Positions 45,645 to 55,088 of a stretch of 64,000 nucleotides of DNA are shown piece by piece. Within the stretch, counting starts at the first letter, position 1; every line of letters starts with the position of its first letter. The position numbers and the translations under genes are program-made. The stretch is from the IMG/VR virus record IMGVR_UViG_3300037193_001436, positions 1 through 64,000 of that record; one strand, written 5' to 3'. Below the pieces are notes generated by a model, which saw only the letters and a program-made list of their open reading frames with translations, was not told where the DNA came from and searched no databases. The DNA comes from a virus.

Positions 45645-45970
45645 TTCAGGTTGAGGCGTGCGCGCAGCGCCTGCTCCTGGGCGTGCTGCTGCAACGCCGA
45701 GCCCATCTGAAGCAGACCGTTCGACACCAGGCCTGCGGTCTGCTGGATCTGGATGTCCTTGATGATGAGCTGGCAGGCCGACCAGATCTCGTCGTGGCTG
45801 GCCATGTGGTCAGGCACGATGTTCTCGCCGACGTCGGTGGAGACCTGAATGTTGCCGTTGGCATCGACCAGGACCAGGAACGCGGTCCGGACCTCCTGCT
45901 GCTGCGGGGCCTCGGGCTCGGGCGGCGTGCTGCCGTTCTTCAGCTTGGACAGGTCGGGGATCTCAGGCAT
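45641..45970 (-). CDS. Hypothetical protein
   Basis: GGAGG RBS. Confidence 0.7.
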   Translation of the reverse strand: MPEIPDLSKLKNGSTPPEPEAPQQQEVRTAFLVLVDANGNIQVSTDVGENIVPDHMASHDEIWSACQLIIKDIQIQQTAGLVSNGLLQMGSALQQHAQEQALRARLNLK

Positions 45971-46250
45971 CGTCGGCCTCCACGGGTTGTGCTTCGACGT
46001 ACACGGGGTTGGTCTCGGTCATGTTGGCGGGGATGACCACAACCGCCTCCGGCTCCAGGGGCAGGAACGCTCCACGCGGAGCGTGCACCGTCATCTTGAC
46101 CGTGACGCTGCCACCGACAGGCCGGGCTGGTTTGTTCTGGCTGTGCCGCACGACCTTCGCGCCGACGAGCTTGCCGTTGTACTCGTTCCACAGTGGCTCC
46201 AACTGCAGGTACACGGTCGCCGGGACGTGGGTCTCATTCAGATCAGCCAT
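45963..46250 (-). CDS. Hypothetical protein
   Basis: Operon overlaps. Confidence 0.7.
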   Translation of the reverse strand: MADLNETHVPATVYLQLEPLWNEYNGKLVGAKVVRHSQNKPARPVGGSVTVKMTVHAPRGAFLPLEPEAVVVIPANMTETNPVYVEAQPVEADDA

Positions 46251-46759
46251 CAGAGATCACCCCGTTTCATGGCGTCGTTGTAGGCCTTCTGCTCCACCAG
46301 GGAGTGCACCGGGCAGAACTCGCACAGGTACCGGTCGTCCTTGGTGTGGTACGCGGGCATCCCGGCTTCCTTGCGGGCCTGTGCGGTGCCGGGCGTGAGT
46401 CGCTTGGAGTCCGACTTGTAGTCGCTGCAGTCGGGGTTGCGGAGATGTTGCCGCCAGCAACTCATCGCGTCTTCGCGGAAGGTGTCGCGAGTGTTGTAGA
46501 AGTCGCTGCCAAGCCCGGTCTCTCCGCCGAACTCGTTGACCAGCTTCTTGGAGATCTCCTTCTGCACGCGGGGATCGTTCCAGTCGGCAGCGTCGACCCG
46601 TGCGAGCATCCCGATGTGCTCTTCGCCGTTGGTCCGGTGCGGCTTGACCAGGTAGTTGAGCAGGACGTCGTGCTCGGGGTCACCGGAGTAGTCGGGCAGC
46701 GGTTCGATGGTCTTGCAGTCCCTGCAGACCAGGAGGCGGATTTGCTCGGGTTCAGTCAC
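46250..46759 (-). CDS. Zn-binding hypothetical protein
   Basis: CRDC, C..H...C, CEFC; TAGAAT -10 upstream. Confidence 0.75.
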   Translation of the reverse strand: MTEPEQIRLLVCRDCKTIEPLPDYSGDPEHDVLLNYLVKPHRTNGEEHIGMLARVDAADWNDPRVQKEISKKLVNEFGGETGLGSDFYNTRDTFREDAMSCWRQHLRNPDCSDYKSDSKRLTPGTAQARKEAGMPAYHTKDDRYLCEFCPVHSLVEQKAYNDAMKRGDL

Positions 46760-46988
46760 GCGGATCAGTCTTCCGGCCCGGCCCGGGGCATTCTACTGTC
46801 GCGAGTTGTTACTTTGCCGACGTGCCAGGTGATGCAGCGCCTGCAGAGGTAGACATCCATGCCGGTCTGGTACTCGCCGGTGCGCAGCAACCACAGCAGC
46901 CGCCCCAAGGCTGCGGCCTTGGTGGGGAGCTGCAGCTCGTCGCATCCGTCATCGTCGACGTCGGCCCCCTACCAGCGCCGCGCAGTTG

Positions 46989-47786
46989 CTACTTCGAGTC
47001 CTGCAACCCCGAAGAGCCAGGAGCGGCGGCGAGCGTCGCCACGTTGTCGTCCAGGGTCTTCATCAGTTCCTGGGTCTTCTGGATCTGCTGGGTGTCACCC
47101 TCGATCCGGTCGAGCTGCTGCTTCATGTCCCGGATCACCTTGATCAATGCGGTGCCGGTGCCGGTGGGAGCCACCCAGAAACGCTTGGCGTACTCCTCCT
47201 CCTCGGCCTGGTAGATGCGGCGAAGTTCCGCTTCGGTCCAATCCGCCATGTTGCCCTCCGCTGAGCCGCCGGTCGGCGGCTTGGTGAGTGAAGCCAGTAG
47301 TGCCCGTGCGCGCTTGAGGTCGGCGGCGACGTCCTGCGGTCGGCCGACGTACTCGAAGTGCATGGCGTCGGGGCGGTTCTCGTACCGGCCGCCCCAGTAG
47401 AAGTGGCACGACTCCCAGGCGTGGACGACCTTCGGCGGAAGGTCGGTGATGAGCTTCGAGCCCATCGGGTTGTCCTCAGAGTTAACGTCGACCGCCAGGC
47501 CCCAGGAGTGGTTGCTCGCCGTCTTGGTTCCCCGGATCGGCCGGTTGGCGAAGCCCCAGCAGGCACCGACCTTCAGTCGGTAGCCCATCAGCACCGTCGC
47601 CGCGAGCAGGGTTTGGACCAGCGGAGCGATCTCTCGCCGGACGCGGACCTTCACCCCGCCCCCGGAGACCGTCAGCATCTTGGACTCCTGGGCGTTTGGC
47701 CACCCAGGGCCCCAGCCTCTCGCGGCAGCATTGTTGCGGGAGGCACCGGCCAGCGGATTCGGCCCGTATGCTGCGCGCGATGCCAT
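46989..47786 (-). CDS. Endolysin, M15-family peptidase
   Basis: 'R...SNHSWGLAVDVN...WGG...DAMHFE'. Confidence 0.88.
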   Translation of the reverse strand: MASRAAYGPNPLAGASRNNAAARGWGPGWPNAQESKMLTVSGGGVKVRVRREIAPLVQTLLAATVLMGYRLKVGACWGFANRPIRGTKTASNHSWGLAVDVNSEDNPMGSKLITDLPPKVVHAWESCHFYWGGRYENRPDAMHFEYVGRPQDVAADLKRARALLASLTKPPTGGSAEGNMADWTEAELRRIYQAEEEEYAKRFWVAPTGTGTALIKVIRDMKQQLDRIEGDTQQIQKTQELMKTLDDNVATLAAAPGSSGLQDSK

Positions 47787-47952
47787 GACTAGTGGTCGAC
47801 CTCCCCCGGGTCGACGTCGGCCCGGTCCTCCACGCCGACACCGGGCTGGGTGTCGACCGGCTGCACCTCTTCGTTCTCCTGGACGGCCTGCGCGGCCTCC
47901 TCTTCGGTCACACCGACCGGCTCGTTCGGGCCGGGTTCATTCGGGGTCGTGG

Positions 47953-48198
47953 TCACAGTGGTACCGCCAATCCAGGGGTGGGGGTGGGGACGAAGTTCGG
48001 GGTGGGAGCGGCGATGCCGTCCGGCGAGATCTTCACGCGCTTCTCGTGGATGCCGTACCAGGGGTCGAGCAGGTCGGCGCGGTCAGCCCAGGTGGCACCT
48101 TCGACGATGCCGCCACGGTTGTTGATGACCTTCTTGTACTTGCCGTCCGTCGCACCCTCGTGCAGGTCGGCATTCATCGATCGGCTGTACGGGTACAT
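47953..48198 (-). CDS. Hypothetical protein
   Basis: GGAGGAG RBS. Confidence 0.7.
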   Translation of the reverse strand: MYPYSRSMNADLHEGATDGKYKKVINNRGGIVEGATWADRADLLDPWYGIHEKRVKISPDGIAAPTPNFVPTPTPGLAVPL

Positions 48199-48243
48199 GC
48201 AACTCCTCCAGGAACTCGTTTCCAGGTTCCCATCTCGGAACGA

Positions 48244-48399
48244 CTACTTGATAGCGCGCTTCGCTTTGCCGTTTGGCCTGCGGCGGTCGTTGAACAAGTC
48301 GGCAGCGCGCTGGCCCGCGCCGTTGTTGTCGTCGTCATCGGGGGTCTCGACGCGGCGGATGCGCTTGTTGCGGCGGCGGTCGGTTGCTTTCAGTGGCAT
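48244..48399 (-). CDS. Small basic protein
   Basis: MPLKATDRRRNKRIRR..., read from sequence. Confidence 0.45.
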   Translation of the reverse strand: MPLKATDRRRNKRIRRVETPDDDDNNGAGQRAADLFNDRRRPNGKAKRAIK

Positions 48400-48405
48400 G
48401 GGGAA

Positions 48406-48726
48406 TCACCAGACATTCAGTGCGGGGGTGGACGTGCCTTCCATGCCGGACTTGTTCTGCGCGAAGTCCGTGCGCTGGTAGATCCGGTCGACGTTGACGA
48501 CGTCCTCGATCCCCAGCTCCTCGGTGCGGTAGCCGTACCGGGGCGGGAAGAGCTGGACCGGGACCGGCGGCCGGATGAGCCGGAGCTGGTCGGCGGTCAG
48601 GGACATGGCCGACTCCAGCGCCAGTCCGGTGAGGTACTGCTCATGGGTCTGGTTCGGCCGCTGGATCTGGACCGGCGGCGAGCCCCAGGGACGGCGGCCG
48701 TAGACGGTGTCGGCAGTGCTAGTCAT
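48406..48726 (-). CDS. Hypothetical protein
   Basis: 106-aa ORF. Confidence 0.7.
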   Translation of the reverse strand: MTSTADTVYGRRPWGSPPVQIQRPNQTHEQYLTGLALESAMSLTADQLRLIRPPVPVQLFPPRYGYRTEELGIEDVVNVDRIYQRTDFAQNKSGMEGTSTPALNVW

Positions 48727-48762
48727 GTTGACACATCGCTGTCAGGCCGGGACGATGGAGGC

Positions 48763-48939
48763 ATGACCGAGAGCCCTGGCACGACGCCTCCTGAGCCCCA
48801 CGACGGGATGACGCTGGAGGAGTACATCGCCGCGTACCCGGAGTACGAGGAGTACGGCCGGGCCGTGTTCGCTTCCCTCGCCGAGCCGGACGAGGAGGGC
48901 TGGGACGACATCTCGACCTCCTCAGATGTCGAAGACTGA
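48763..48939 (+). CDS. Small acidic protein with own promoter
   Basis: TTGACA(48728)-N17-GACGAT-N6-ATG. Confidence 0.55.
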   Translation: MTESPGTTPPEPHDGMTLEEYIAAYPEYEEYGRAVFASLAEPDEEGWDDISTSSDVED

Positions 48940-50463
48940 CTGCGTCCGGCCAGTCCTGGGGTTGTTGTGGAACTGCGGCCCGAGCTGGGTGTGAACCTGC
49001 CCGCGCTGGAGTGACTGCAGCGGCTTGTCCGGGTTGTTCGGGACGTTGACGCCTTCCCCGGCCCAGTGCCGCACCACCGGGTACTGCTCGGCCGGTGAGG
49101 TGTTCACGTCCGGCCTGCGCATCTGCTGCGAGCCCCAGGTGGCCGCCTGGAACGAGTGCACGTTGTCGGCGTAGTTCACGCCCCGGGACAGTCCCCGCGC
49201 CGCCAGAGTCCGCCTGGTGGCGTAGTCGTTGAGGGCGTGGACGATCGGGGCACCCTCGGCGAGCATCTGCTCCGGCCGGGACAGGCCCCACTCCGGCTTG
49301 ATCTTGCCGGACGCGTCGGAGACGAACTCCTGGGTCTTGCCTCGCTTGGCCGACGCGGGCTGGTCAGCGTAGACACTGCTTCGGACCCCGGCCGCGTCGC
49401 GGTACTTGTGGGACTTCGCCGTCGGCAGGTGCGGTGCCATCACGCTGGCCTCGTGCACATCGGAGACCTTGTAGGCGTCCGGCGAGTCCTTGTTGACCAG
49501 TGCGCCCCGGAACGCGACCGTCTTGGCTGCGGCGTTCGGGTCGCCGTACTGGTGGACCGAGAAGTCGCCGGTGTCCAGCGCCTCTGCGGCCCGGCTGGCC
49601 GCCTTGTCGACGTTGGCCGGGCGTCCGGCGATGAACTTGGCCGGACGCTGCTCCAGGGCGGCGTGGACGGCCTCCTCGCCCTGGTCCAGGTTCGGGTGGC
49701 TCCGCTTGGCCCCGGGCTGTGCCTTCCACATGTTGTTCGGGCTGGTGTCGGCGGCGGCGCTGGCCATCAGGTTGCGCGCGGCCTCGATCCGCTCGGGGTG
49801 GGACAGGTGGCCGGTGGCGTTGACGAAGGACGGGTGCTGGACCAGCCGGTGCACCTTGGACTCGAACATGTCGGGGGTCTCACGCAGGTGCTCCTCGTGC
49901 GTGATGGCGTGCTCGATGTTCGGGAAGTCGGTGGTGACGTGGCCGCCGTAGAACAACTGTGACGCGGACTCGTTGACCCCGGCAACGATGTGTTCGGCGG
50001 TGACCCGGTCCAGGGCCCGGGACTGGGCACGCTCCACCGAGCCGACCGGGTCCCGGGGGTCGTGGCCGAAGTGCTTGAGGACCTGGGTGCCTTTGGTGTA
50101 CTCGCGGCCGGACAGGTCCTCGGCGCGGCGCTGGACGGTGACGCCGGGCTCGTGCTTGTGCGGCTCGTTGATCGCCGGGACGCCCTTCTCGGCGGCGGTG
50201 TTGGGGAACATGTGCCGCGCGCCGGTGACGAAGGTGCGGTACCGGGGGTCGATCGGGTCCATCCGGTAGCCCATCGGGGCGTCCACGGATTCGTCGGTCT
50301 TCTTCGCCAGGTCGCGCAGGCGTCGGCGGTCGGTGACCGGTCGCTCGTAGCCATGCACGGCCTTGGGAGCCGACAGTGTGCGGCCCTGCCCGACGGCGGT
50401 GAACTGGTTCGGTCCCTTGCCGGTGATCGGGTTGGTGAGGTCGTCGGCCTTCTTCTTCGCCAT
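48922..50463 (-). CDS. Large protein with possible HhH-type DNA-glycosylase-like domain
   Basis: Ordered motifs 'TSPNNMW', 'AKTVAF', 'VSDVH', 'FQAATW'; C-terminal QLGPQF. Confidence 0.55.
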   Translation of the reverse strand: MAKKKADDLTNPITGKGPNQFTAVGQGRTLSAPKAVHGYERPVTDRRRLRDLAKKTDESVDAPMGYRMDPIDPRYRTFVTGARHMFPNTAAEKGVPAINEPHKHEPGVTVQRRAEDLSGREYTKGTQVLKHFGHDPRDPVGSVERAQSRALDRVTAEHIVAGVNESASQLFYGGHVTTDFPNIEHAITHEEHLRETPDMFESKVHRLVQHPSFVNATGHLSHPERIEAARNLMASAAADTSPNNMWKAQPGAKRSHPNLDQGEEAVHAALEQRPAKFIAGRPANVDKAASRAAEALDTGDFSVHQYGDPNAAAKTVAFRGALVNKDSPDAYKVSDVHEASVMAPHLPTAKSHKYRDAAGVRSSVYADQPASAKRGKTQEFVSDASGKIKPEWGLSRPEQMLAEGAPIVHALNDYATRRTLAARGLSRGVNYADNVHSFQAATWGSQQMRRPDVNTSPAEQYPVVRHWAGEGVNVPNNPDKPLQSLQRGQVHTQLGPQFHNNPRTGRTQSVFDI

Positions 50464-50466
50464 CTC

Positions 50467-50982
50467 CTACCTCCAGGACGGCAGCAGCCGGGCGGCCTTG
50501 GCAGTGCGGATCGGGTCCACCGGGCCGGGGTCGATGTCGACGCTGCGGGCCAACGCGCCGAGCTGGGAGGGGTTGAGCATGTGGGCCTTGCCCATGTAGT
50601 TGACCTGCTCCTCCGGCGTGCCGGTCGGCGCGAACTTCAGACCGGCGGCCTCGAACTCCAGGCCGGTCTGCGGGTTGAAGCTGTCCGGCCAGAAGTAGTC
50701 CGACGGGTCGATCCGCTCCCCCTTGTGGACGCCGCGCTGGTAGGAGCGCTGGGTGAGCCGGGACTGGATCCCCTTGAGCAGCCGGTCCTCGCGGCGGGAG
50801 TTGACGTTGCCCAGGTAGCCGTCGGGGTACTCGGCCTCCGGCGTGCGGGCAGCGGCGACCGAGCGGCGGGCGTCGAGGATGTCGCGGTACCCGATCAGGT
50901 CGGTCCGACCGCCGCCGCCGTAGGTGGGCGTGCCGGGCTGGCTGACCCCGAAGGGCGCGAGGTACTGCCAGTTGGTGGTCAC
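50467..50982 (-). CDS. Hypothetical protein
   Basis: 'PEAEYPDGYLG...QRSYQRGVHKGERID'. Confidence 0.75.
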   Translation of the reverse strand: MTTNWQYLAPFGVSQPGTPTYGGGGRTDLIGYRDILDARRSVAAARTPEAEYPDGYLGNVNSRREDRLLKGIQSRLTQRSYQRGVHKGERIDPSDYFWPDSFNPQTGLEFEAAGLKFAPTGTPEEQVNYMGKAHMLNPSQLGALARSVDIDPGPVDPIRTAKAARLLPSWR

Positions 50983-51497
50983 TTGATGCCCCGGGCCTTC
51001 TTGCCGTGCTTGGTGAGGACTTCCTCACCGGCCTCGTTGTCCCAGTACGCTTCCTCGTTGCGCTTGGTGGCGACGCTCATGGCCTGCTGGTGGGTGGTGA
51101 ACGCGCTGGAGGCGTCCAGGTCGACCCGGCCGGGAGCCACCCAGGACCCGGCGATCGCGCCGCGCCGGTTGCCGGTGGTGCTGCGGATGTTCTCGATGTG
51201 CTCCATCGCGGTGGGGGTGTCGACGTGCGGGACCTGCTTGGTCGGGATGCGCTCGCCCTTGGTGTCCGGCTCGCCGCCGACCACGTAGGCCTTGTCGACC
51301 CCGGCGTTCAGGAACCGGTTGGAGTGGGTGTTGAAGCTGGCTCCGCCCTCGGCGTGGGTGCGGATGGCGAACTGGACGCCGTTCAGCAGCGGGACGTCGC
51401 GGCGCAGCGAGGGAAGCTGGCCCTGCCGGGGCAGGCTCTCGCGGATCCCCTTCAGTCCGGGCACGTCAGCCAGCGGGGGGAACTTCCCGAGTGCCAT
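50979..51497 (-). CDS. Phage hypothetical protein
   Basis: 'GSW...VDLDAS...NEEAYWD'; AGGAGG RBS. Confidence 0.75.
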   Translation of the reverse strand: MALGKFPPLADVPGLKGIRESLPRQGQLPSLRRDVPLLNGVQFAIRTHAEGGASFNTHSNRFLNAGVDKAYVVGGEPDTKGERIPTKQVPHVDTPTAMEHIENIRSTTGNRRGAIAGSWVAPGRVDLDASSAFTTHQQAMSVATKRNEEAYWDNEAGEEVLTKHGKKARGIK

Positions 51498-51539
51498 GAC
51501 AACTTCCTCCTAGTTGTTGCTTTCCCGTAGGCTGGTGCT

Positions 51540-51758
51540 GTGACGACCCATCTGACGGCGGTGAAAATGGAGGTTCCGACACCGCCGCATGACTACTGGG
51601 CCTGGTGCGAGACCTGCGCCCGGCAGGTGGGTCCTGTGGTCGGATACTCGATCGTTGCCCAAGACATCTGTTCGGCGCACGAGGAGCACCCTGACCTGCC
51701 GGACGATGAGCTGATGACGCTCATCCCCAGTAGGGGTTTTGGCCGTACTGACGCTTGA
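51540..51758 (+). CDS. Small Zn-finger protein
   Basis: TAGGCT-N6-GTG; CETC...HEEH. Confidence 0.55.
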   Translation: MTTHLTAVKMEVPTPPHDYWAWCETCARQVGPVVGYSIVAQDICSAHEEHPDLPDDELMTLIPSRGFGRTDA

Positions 51759-52047
51759 GGTAGAAGTCGCGATTCCCAACTGCCGACGGCACGATCCGGG
51801 TGTTCCGGAGCGTCTGTGCGGCCTCGGGAGCGGTCGGGTAGCCCATCACGGTCTGCGGTGCGCCCTTGAACCCCAGGCGCTCCATGGTGCCCTGCCGGTG
51901 CGCGGCCGTGGCACCCTCCGGGCTGGCCGAGACGGTGCTCTTCTTCCTGACCGGCTTGGTGTGCTTGCTCGGGGCCCCGGAGACGTTCTTGGCCCGAGCC
52001 ATGCTCTTGCCCATCTTCGGGAAGTTGGTGGTCGTCTTGTCAGCCAT
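51721..52047 (-). CDS. Basic hypothetical protein
   Basis: K/R-rich ORF. Confidence 0.7.
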   Translation of the reverse strand: MADKTTTNFPKMGKSMARAKNVSGAPSKHTKPVRKKSTVSASPEGATAAHRQGTMERLGFKGAPQTVMGYPTAPEAAQTLRNTRIVPSAVGNRDFYLKRQYGQNPYWG

Positions 52048-52050
52048 CGC

Positions 52051-52362
52051 TCATCCAAACGCCTTGAGGTCGGGGGGACGCTCGGCCCGGAGCCATAGGC
52101 TCTTGTCGAACGTGGAGTCGGACTGCCCGATCGGCGACTTCGGCACACCGAGCTTCGCCCGCTCCCAGTCCATCGACCCAAGCGCGTTCCTGCTGGGCTG
52201 CAGGTTGTCCAGGAGCGAGGTCCGTCGGTAGGTCCGCAGGCCGCCGCCGACGGCGTTCTGGAGCGTGCGGAACTGCGGCTGCCGCACCCTGGTAGCCGCT
52301 TCCTGGAACTCCTGTGACCGTCCGGCCAGTGGTTCTTCCGGAACAGCAATCCCGTTCGCCAT
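52051..52362 (-). CDS. Hypothetical protein
   Basis: ORF in operon. Confidence 0.65.
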   Translation of the reverse strand: MANGIAVPEEPLAGRSQEFQEAATRVRQPQFRTLQNAVGGGLRTYRRTSLLDNLQPSRNALGSMDWERAKLGVPKSPIGQSDSTFDKSLWLRAERPPDLKAFG

Positions 52363-52411
52363 CGAGAAACCCTTTCCGGAAACCAGTTTAGATCGGGCGT
52401 TGCCTCCGGTA

Positions 52412-52699
52412 TCAGTCGTGGAAGACGCGGAAGGCGATGCCGGACATCTTCTTGCCGTCCGGCATGGTGACGTCGGCGAAGCCGGGGCGGCAGGTCAGGG
52501 TGATGCCGCGCGGTGCGACGTAGGCCTGGGCGATGGCGATCGCCTTCACGGCCTGGTTGACGGCTCCGGCCCCGACGGCTCGCAGGGTGACCGGCTTGTT
52601 GTCGTAGACGGCGTGTGCGATGGCGGACGCGAGGGTGCCAGGGGGCGAGGAGGCCGCGACCTTCAGGACCTCGTCCTTGGGGGTTTCCGTGGTGGCCAT
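52412..52699 (-). CDS. spoVS: SpoVS-family (Alba-like) protein
   Basis: 'EVLKV...RAVGAGAVNQAVKAIAIA..YVAPRGITL.C.PGF'. Confidence 0.9.
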   Translation of the reverse strand: MATTETPKDEVLKVAASSPPGTLASAIAHAVYDNKPVTLRAVGAGAVNQAVKAIAIAQAYVAPRGITLTCRPGFADVTMPDGKKMSGIAFRVFHD

Positions 52700-52752
52700 G
52701 TAGGTGCTCCTGCTGAGATCCGGGTCGGCTCCTCAACCGTAAGCGAGCACTG

Positions 52753-53328
52753 TCACGGGGTGGGAATTGTTGCCGGGGGCATCTCGGTATGCGGGTGTAC
52801 CGACTTCAGCGCCTCCTTCTCGTAGGCCAGCTCGGCGTTGCCGGTGTGGATGGCCATGGCGACGCGGGCCAGGGAGTAGGCGTCGGCGAGGTTGTCGTCG
52901 CTGGTTTCGAAGCCCCACTTCTTGTAGACCGCCAGCAGCATGTTGTTCTTCTTCGCCGCGCCGTTGCCGGTGACGAACTTCTTCAGGCTGCTGGGCTTGA
53001 CGATGGTCGGGTAGCGCAGGTCGCCGTGCTCGTCGTTGAACCGGTCGAAGTAGTCGTAGACGGCGAGCTTGACGATGGCTCCGAGTTCACCGGCCTGTTC
53101 CCGGCCGAACTTCGAGGCGTTGGAGTACCCCTCCATGCAGATGTGCGCGACGTCGTCGGTCTCGGAGAATAGCTTGAACAAGTGCTGGTAGATCGAGAGC
53201 AGTCGCTCGATCCCGTTCCCGGTCTTGGCGTCGAAGCTCTTGAGGTTGCCGACGATGTCGGTGCCGTCGGCATCGAGTGAGACGAAGGCGAAGCCGGTGT
53301 AGGACTGGTCGATGCCGACGTATCTCAC
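52753..53328 (-). CDS. RuvC-like Holliday junction resolvase
   Basis: 'YVGIDQS', 'CMEGY', 'PSSLKKFVTGNG.AKK', 'DNLADA'. Confidence 0.88.
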   Translation of the reverse strand: MRYVGIDQSYTGFAFVSLDADGTDIVGNLKSFDAKTGNGIERLLSIYQHLFKLFSETDDVAHICMEGYSNASKFGREQAGELGAIVKLAVYDYFDRFNDEHGDLRYPTIVKPSSLKKFVTGNGAAKKNNMLLAVYKKWGFETSDDNLADAYSLARVAMAIHTGNAELAYEKEALKSVHPHTEMPPATIPTP

Positions 53329-53621
53329 GCCTGGTCCTGCTCGTGCGCGAGCTTGATCACGGCCTCGTTGACGTACTCGCAGGCGGCACGAGGGACCTGG
53401 TTGAGCATCCGCTGCACGTCCGGGCTCTTCTCGACCTCGTCCCAGCCGAACGACCGGACTCCGAGTTCGAGGGTGATCCAGGTGCCTCGGGGGATGATCT
53501 CCTTGCCGTACTTCCCGGCGGAGTCGTAGTAGAAGTGCGGGTTGATCCGCAGCAGCGTCTCGCGCCGGGCGTTGATGAGCGCGGTGTGTTCCGGGGCCAG
53601 CTCGTCGTAGGGGATTGCCAT
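53325..53621 (-). CDS. Hypothetical protein
   Basis: AGGAG RBS. Confidence 0.7.
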   Translation of the reverse strand: MAIPYDELAPEHTALINARRETLLRINPHFYYDSAGKYGKEIIPRGTWITLELGVRSFGWDEVEKSPDVQRMLNQVPRAACEYVNEAVIKLAHEQDQA

Positions 53622-53629
53622 CTCTGCTC

Positions 53630-54139
53630 CTAGGGGTTCCAGCGCTCGACCCGGCGTTCGCGGGTGTCCCGGTTGACCCGGCGGGTCAGCTCGCGGGACA
53701 GGAGTGCTGCGGTGCGTTCTGAGTTGTCGTACACGGCGGTGATGAGCTTGCGGAACGCGTAGGCGCGCTGCTGCTCGTTCAGGGCGTCGAGGTACTGCTG
53801 GTCGGTGTAGGCGTGCGCCTTGGCGGCGGCGACGGTCTTCTCTGACTTGTTCTCAAGGCTCTTCAGGGCCTTGATCTTCTCGACGACGGCGTCGGCGTAC
53901 CGTTCGTCGACCTCGGCTGCGGCTACCTGGGCGCTCAGATACTCGCTCCATCGCGTCGTCCGGGTGAACAGCTTCATCAGCGCGGCGTCGGACTCCTCGG
54001 TGAGATCGTCCGGCGGTTCGGGGGCGGCGTGGCGTGGTCTGGTTGGCATCACGATCCCGTGCTGCTCCAGCTTCCGCTTCGCCTCCAGGCTCCGCAGCCC
54101 CATCTCCAGTGTCACGTTGCGGCTGACGGTCCGTGCCAT
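53630..54139 (-). CDS. Coiled-coil protein, possible UvsY-like recombination mediator
   Basis: AAGGAGG RBS; helical, ends 'LSRELTRR'; recombination gene context. Confidence 0.55.
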   Translation of the reverse strand: MARTVSRNVTLEMGLRSLEAKRKLEQHGIVMPTRPRHAAPEPPDDLTEESDAALMKLFTRTTRWSEYLSAQVAAAEVDERYADAVVEKIKALKSLENKSEKTVAAAKAHAYTDQQYLDALNEQQRAYAFRKLITAVYDNSERTAALLSRELTRRVNRDTRERRVERWNP

Positions 54140-55088
54140 CGCTGTCCTCCTTCCAGCACACACCGAGGAACGGGCACTTGGTGCAGGGTGCGGACTTGGG
54201 TGTGTAGTCCTTCGGCCGGTCCAGAACGGTGCCCTCGGCAACGGCGAACTTGATGTCGCGTGCGGTCTCGAACAGCTCGTGGGTGACCTCGGGGTCGTAG
54301 GTGATGGTGAACTCTTTGGGCTGCTGGTTGGCCTTGTTCTCGTACAGGAACACCATCCGGTAGAACGGCAGGCCCATCAGGTTGGCCAGTCGCAGGTAGA
54401 TCTGAGCCTGCCGCCGGTGGCTCGGGAAGGGGCGCTTGATGCCATTCCAGAGCGAGTCCAGGTCGATCACGCTCTTGCCGTCGGTGGTCTTCTTCGTGTG
54501 CTTCCTGACCAGCTCAGGCTCTTCGATGCGGATGGTGCCGGTACCGATGGTTTTGATTTCGACCAGCGACTCGATGTCGATGACTCCGCCGTCGGCGTGC
54601 CCGGCGATCAGGTAGCGGTCCTCGGCCTGTAGGGGGACCTCGCGGTAGGCCAGGGTCTCCGCCGAGCACTCCGGGCATTCCTGGGGTGCCGTGTCTTCCC
54701 AGACCCATCCGCAGGCCAGGCAGATCCACCGGCCGTAGAGGCGGCCCATGCGCCACAGCCAGGTCTGCCACTTGGTGTGTGCGGTGTTGCCGGTCTCGAA
54801 GATGCTCGCGGTGCCGTAGCCGATCGCCTCGTCGTTGTTGGGGATCTGTCCGAGGATCCGGTAGCAGGTGGCGCGTGGGCACCAGTCGGCTTTGGCCATC
54901 TCCGAGGGGTGGATGATGTCGGCGCGGCGTTCGGTCTTGTCCCGGGCGACTTCCTTGACGACGTGGGCTTGGATGTCGCCGAGAAGGACACTGCTCTGCT
55001 TGCGGACCTCGGCGCGTACCTTGAGGGCTGGTGCGAGCTTGCGTTGGGCAGGCTTCGCCTTAGCTCGCGGCTTTCTGGTGGTCGGCAT
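53853..55088 (-). CDS. Cas4-like PD-(D/E)XK exonuclease
   Basis: 'IHPSE...CPR', 'GHADG...EIKT', 'QAQIY', 'CTKCPFLGVCW'. Confidence 0.88.
   Translation of the reverse strand: MPTTRKPRAKAKPAQRKLAPALKVRAEVRKQSSVLLGDIQAHVVKEVARDKTERRADIIHPSEMAKADWCPRATCYRILGQIPNNDEAIGYGTASIFETGNTAHTKWQTWLWRMGRLYGRWICLACGWVWEDTAPQECPECSAETLAYREVPLQAEDRYLIAGHADGGVIDIESLVEIKTIGTGTIRIEEPELVRKHTKKTTDGKSVIDLDSLWNGIKRPFPSHRRQAQIYLRLANLMGLPFYRMVFLYENKANQQPKEFTITYDPEVTHELFETARDIKFAVAEGTVLDRPKDYTPKSAPCTKCPFLGVCWKEDSDGTDRQPQRDTGDGAAEPGGEAEAGAARDRDANQTTPRRPRTAGRSHRGVRRRADEAVHPDDAMERVSERPGSRSRGRRTVRRRRRREDQGPEEP

Noticed and set aside
53853-54139. 287-bp overlap of Cas4-like C-terminal tail with the next gene as a dual-coding novelty
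   Set aside because: The tail after the final Cys-Trp is low complexity and most simply reflects a lost stop codon.
53853-55088. Cas4-like gene as sign of a CRISPR-Cas system
   Set aside because: No repeat-spacer array or other cas genes; stand-alone Cas4-like exonucleases are common in phage recombination modules.
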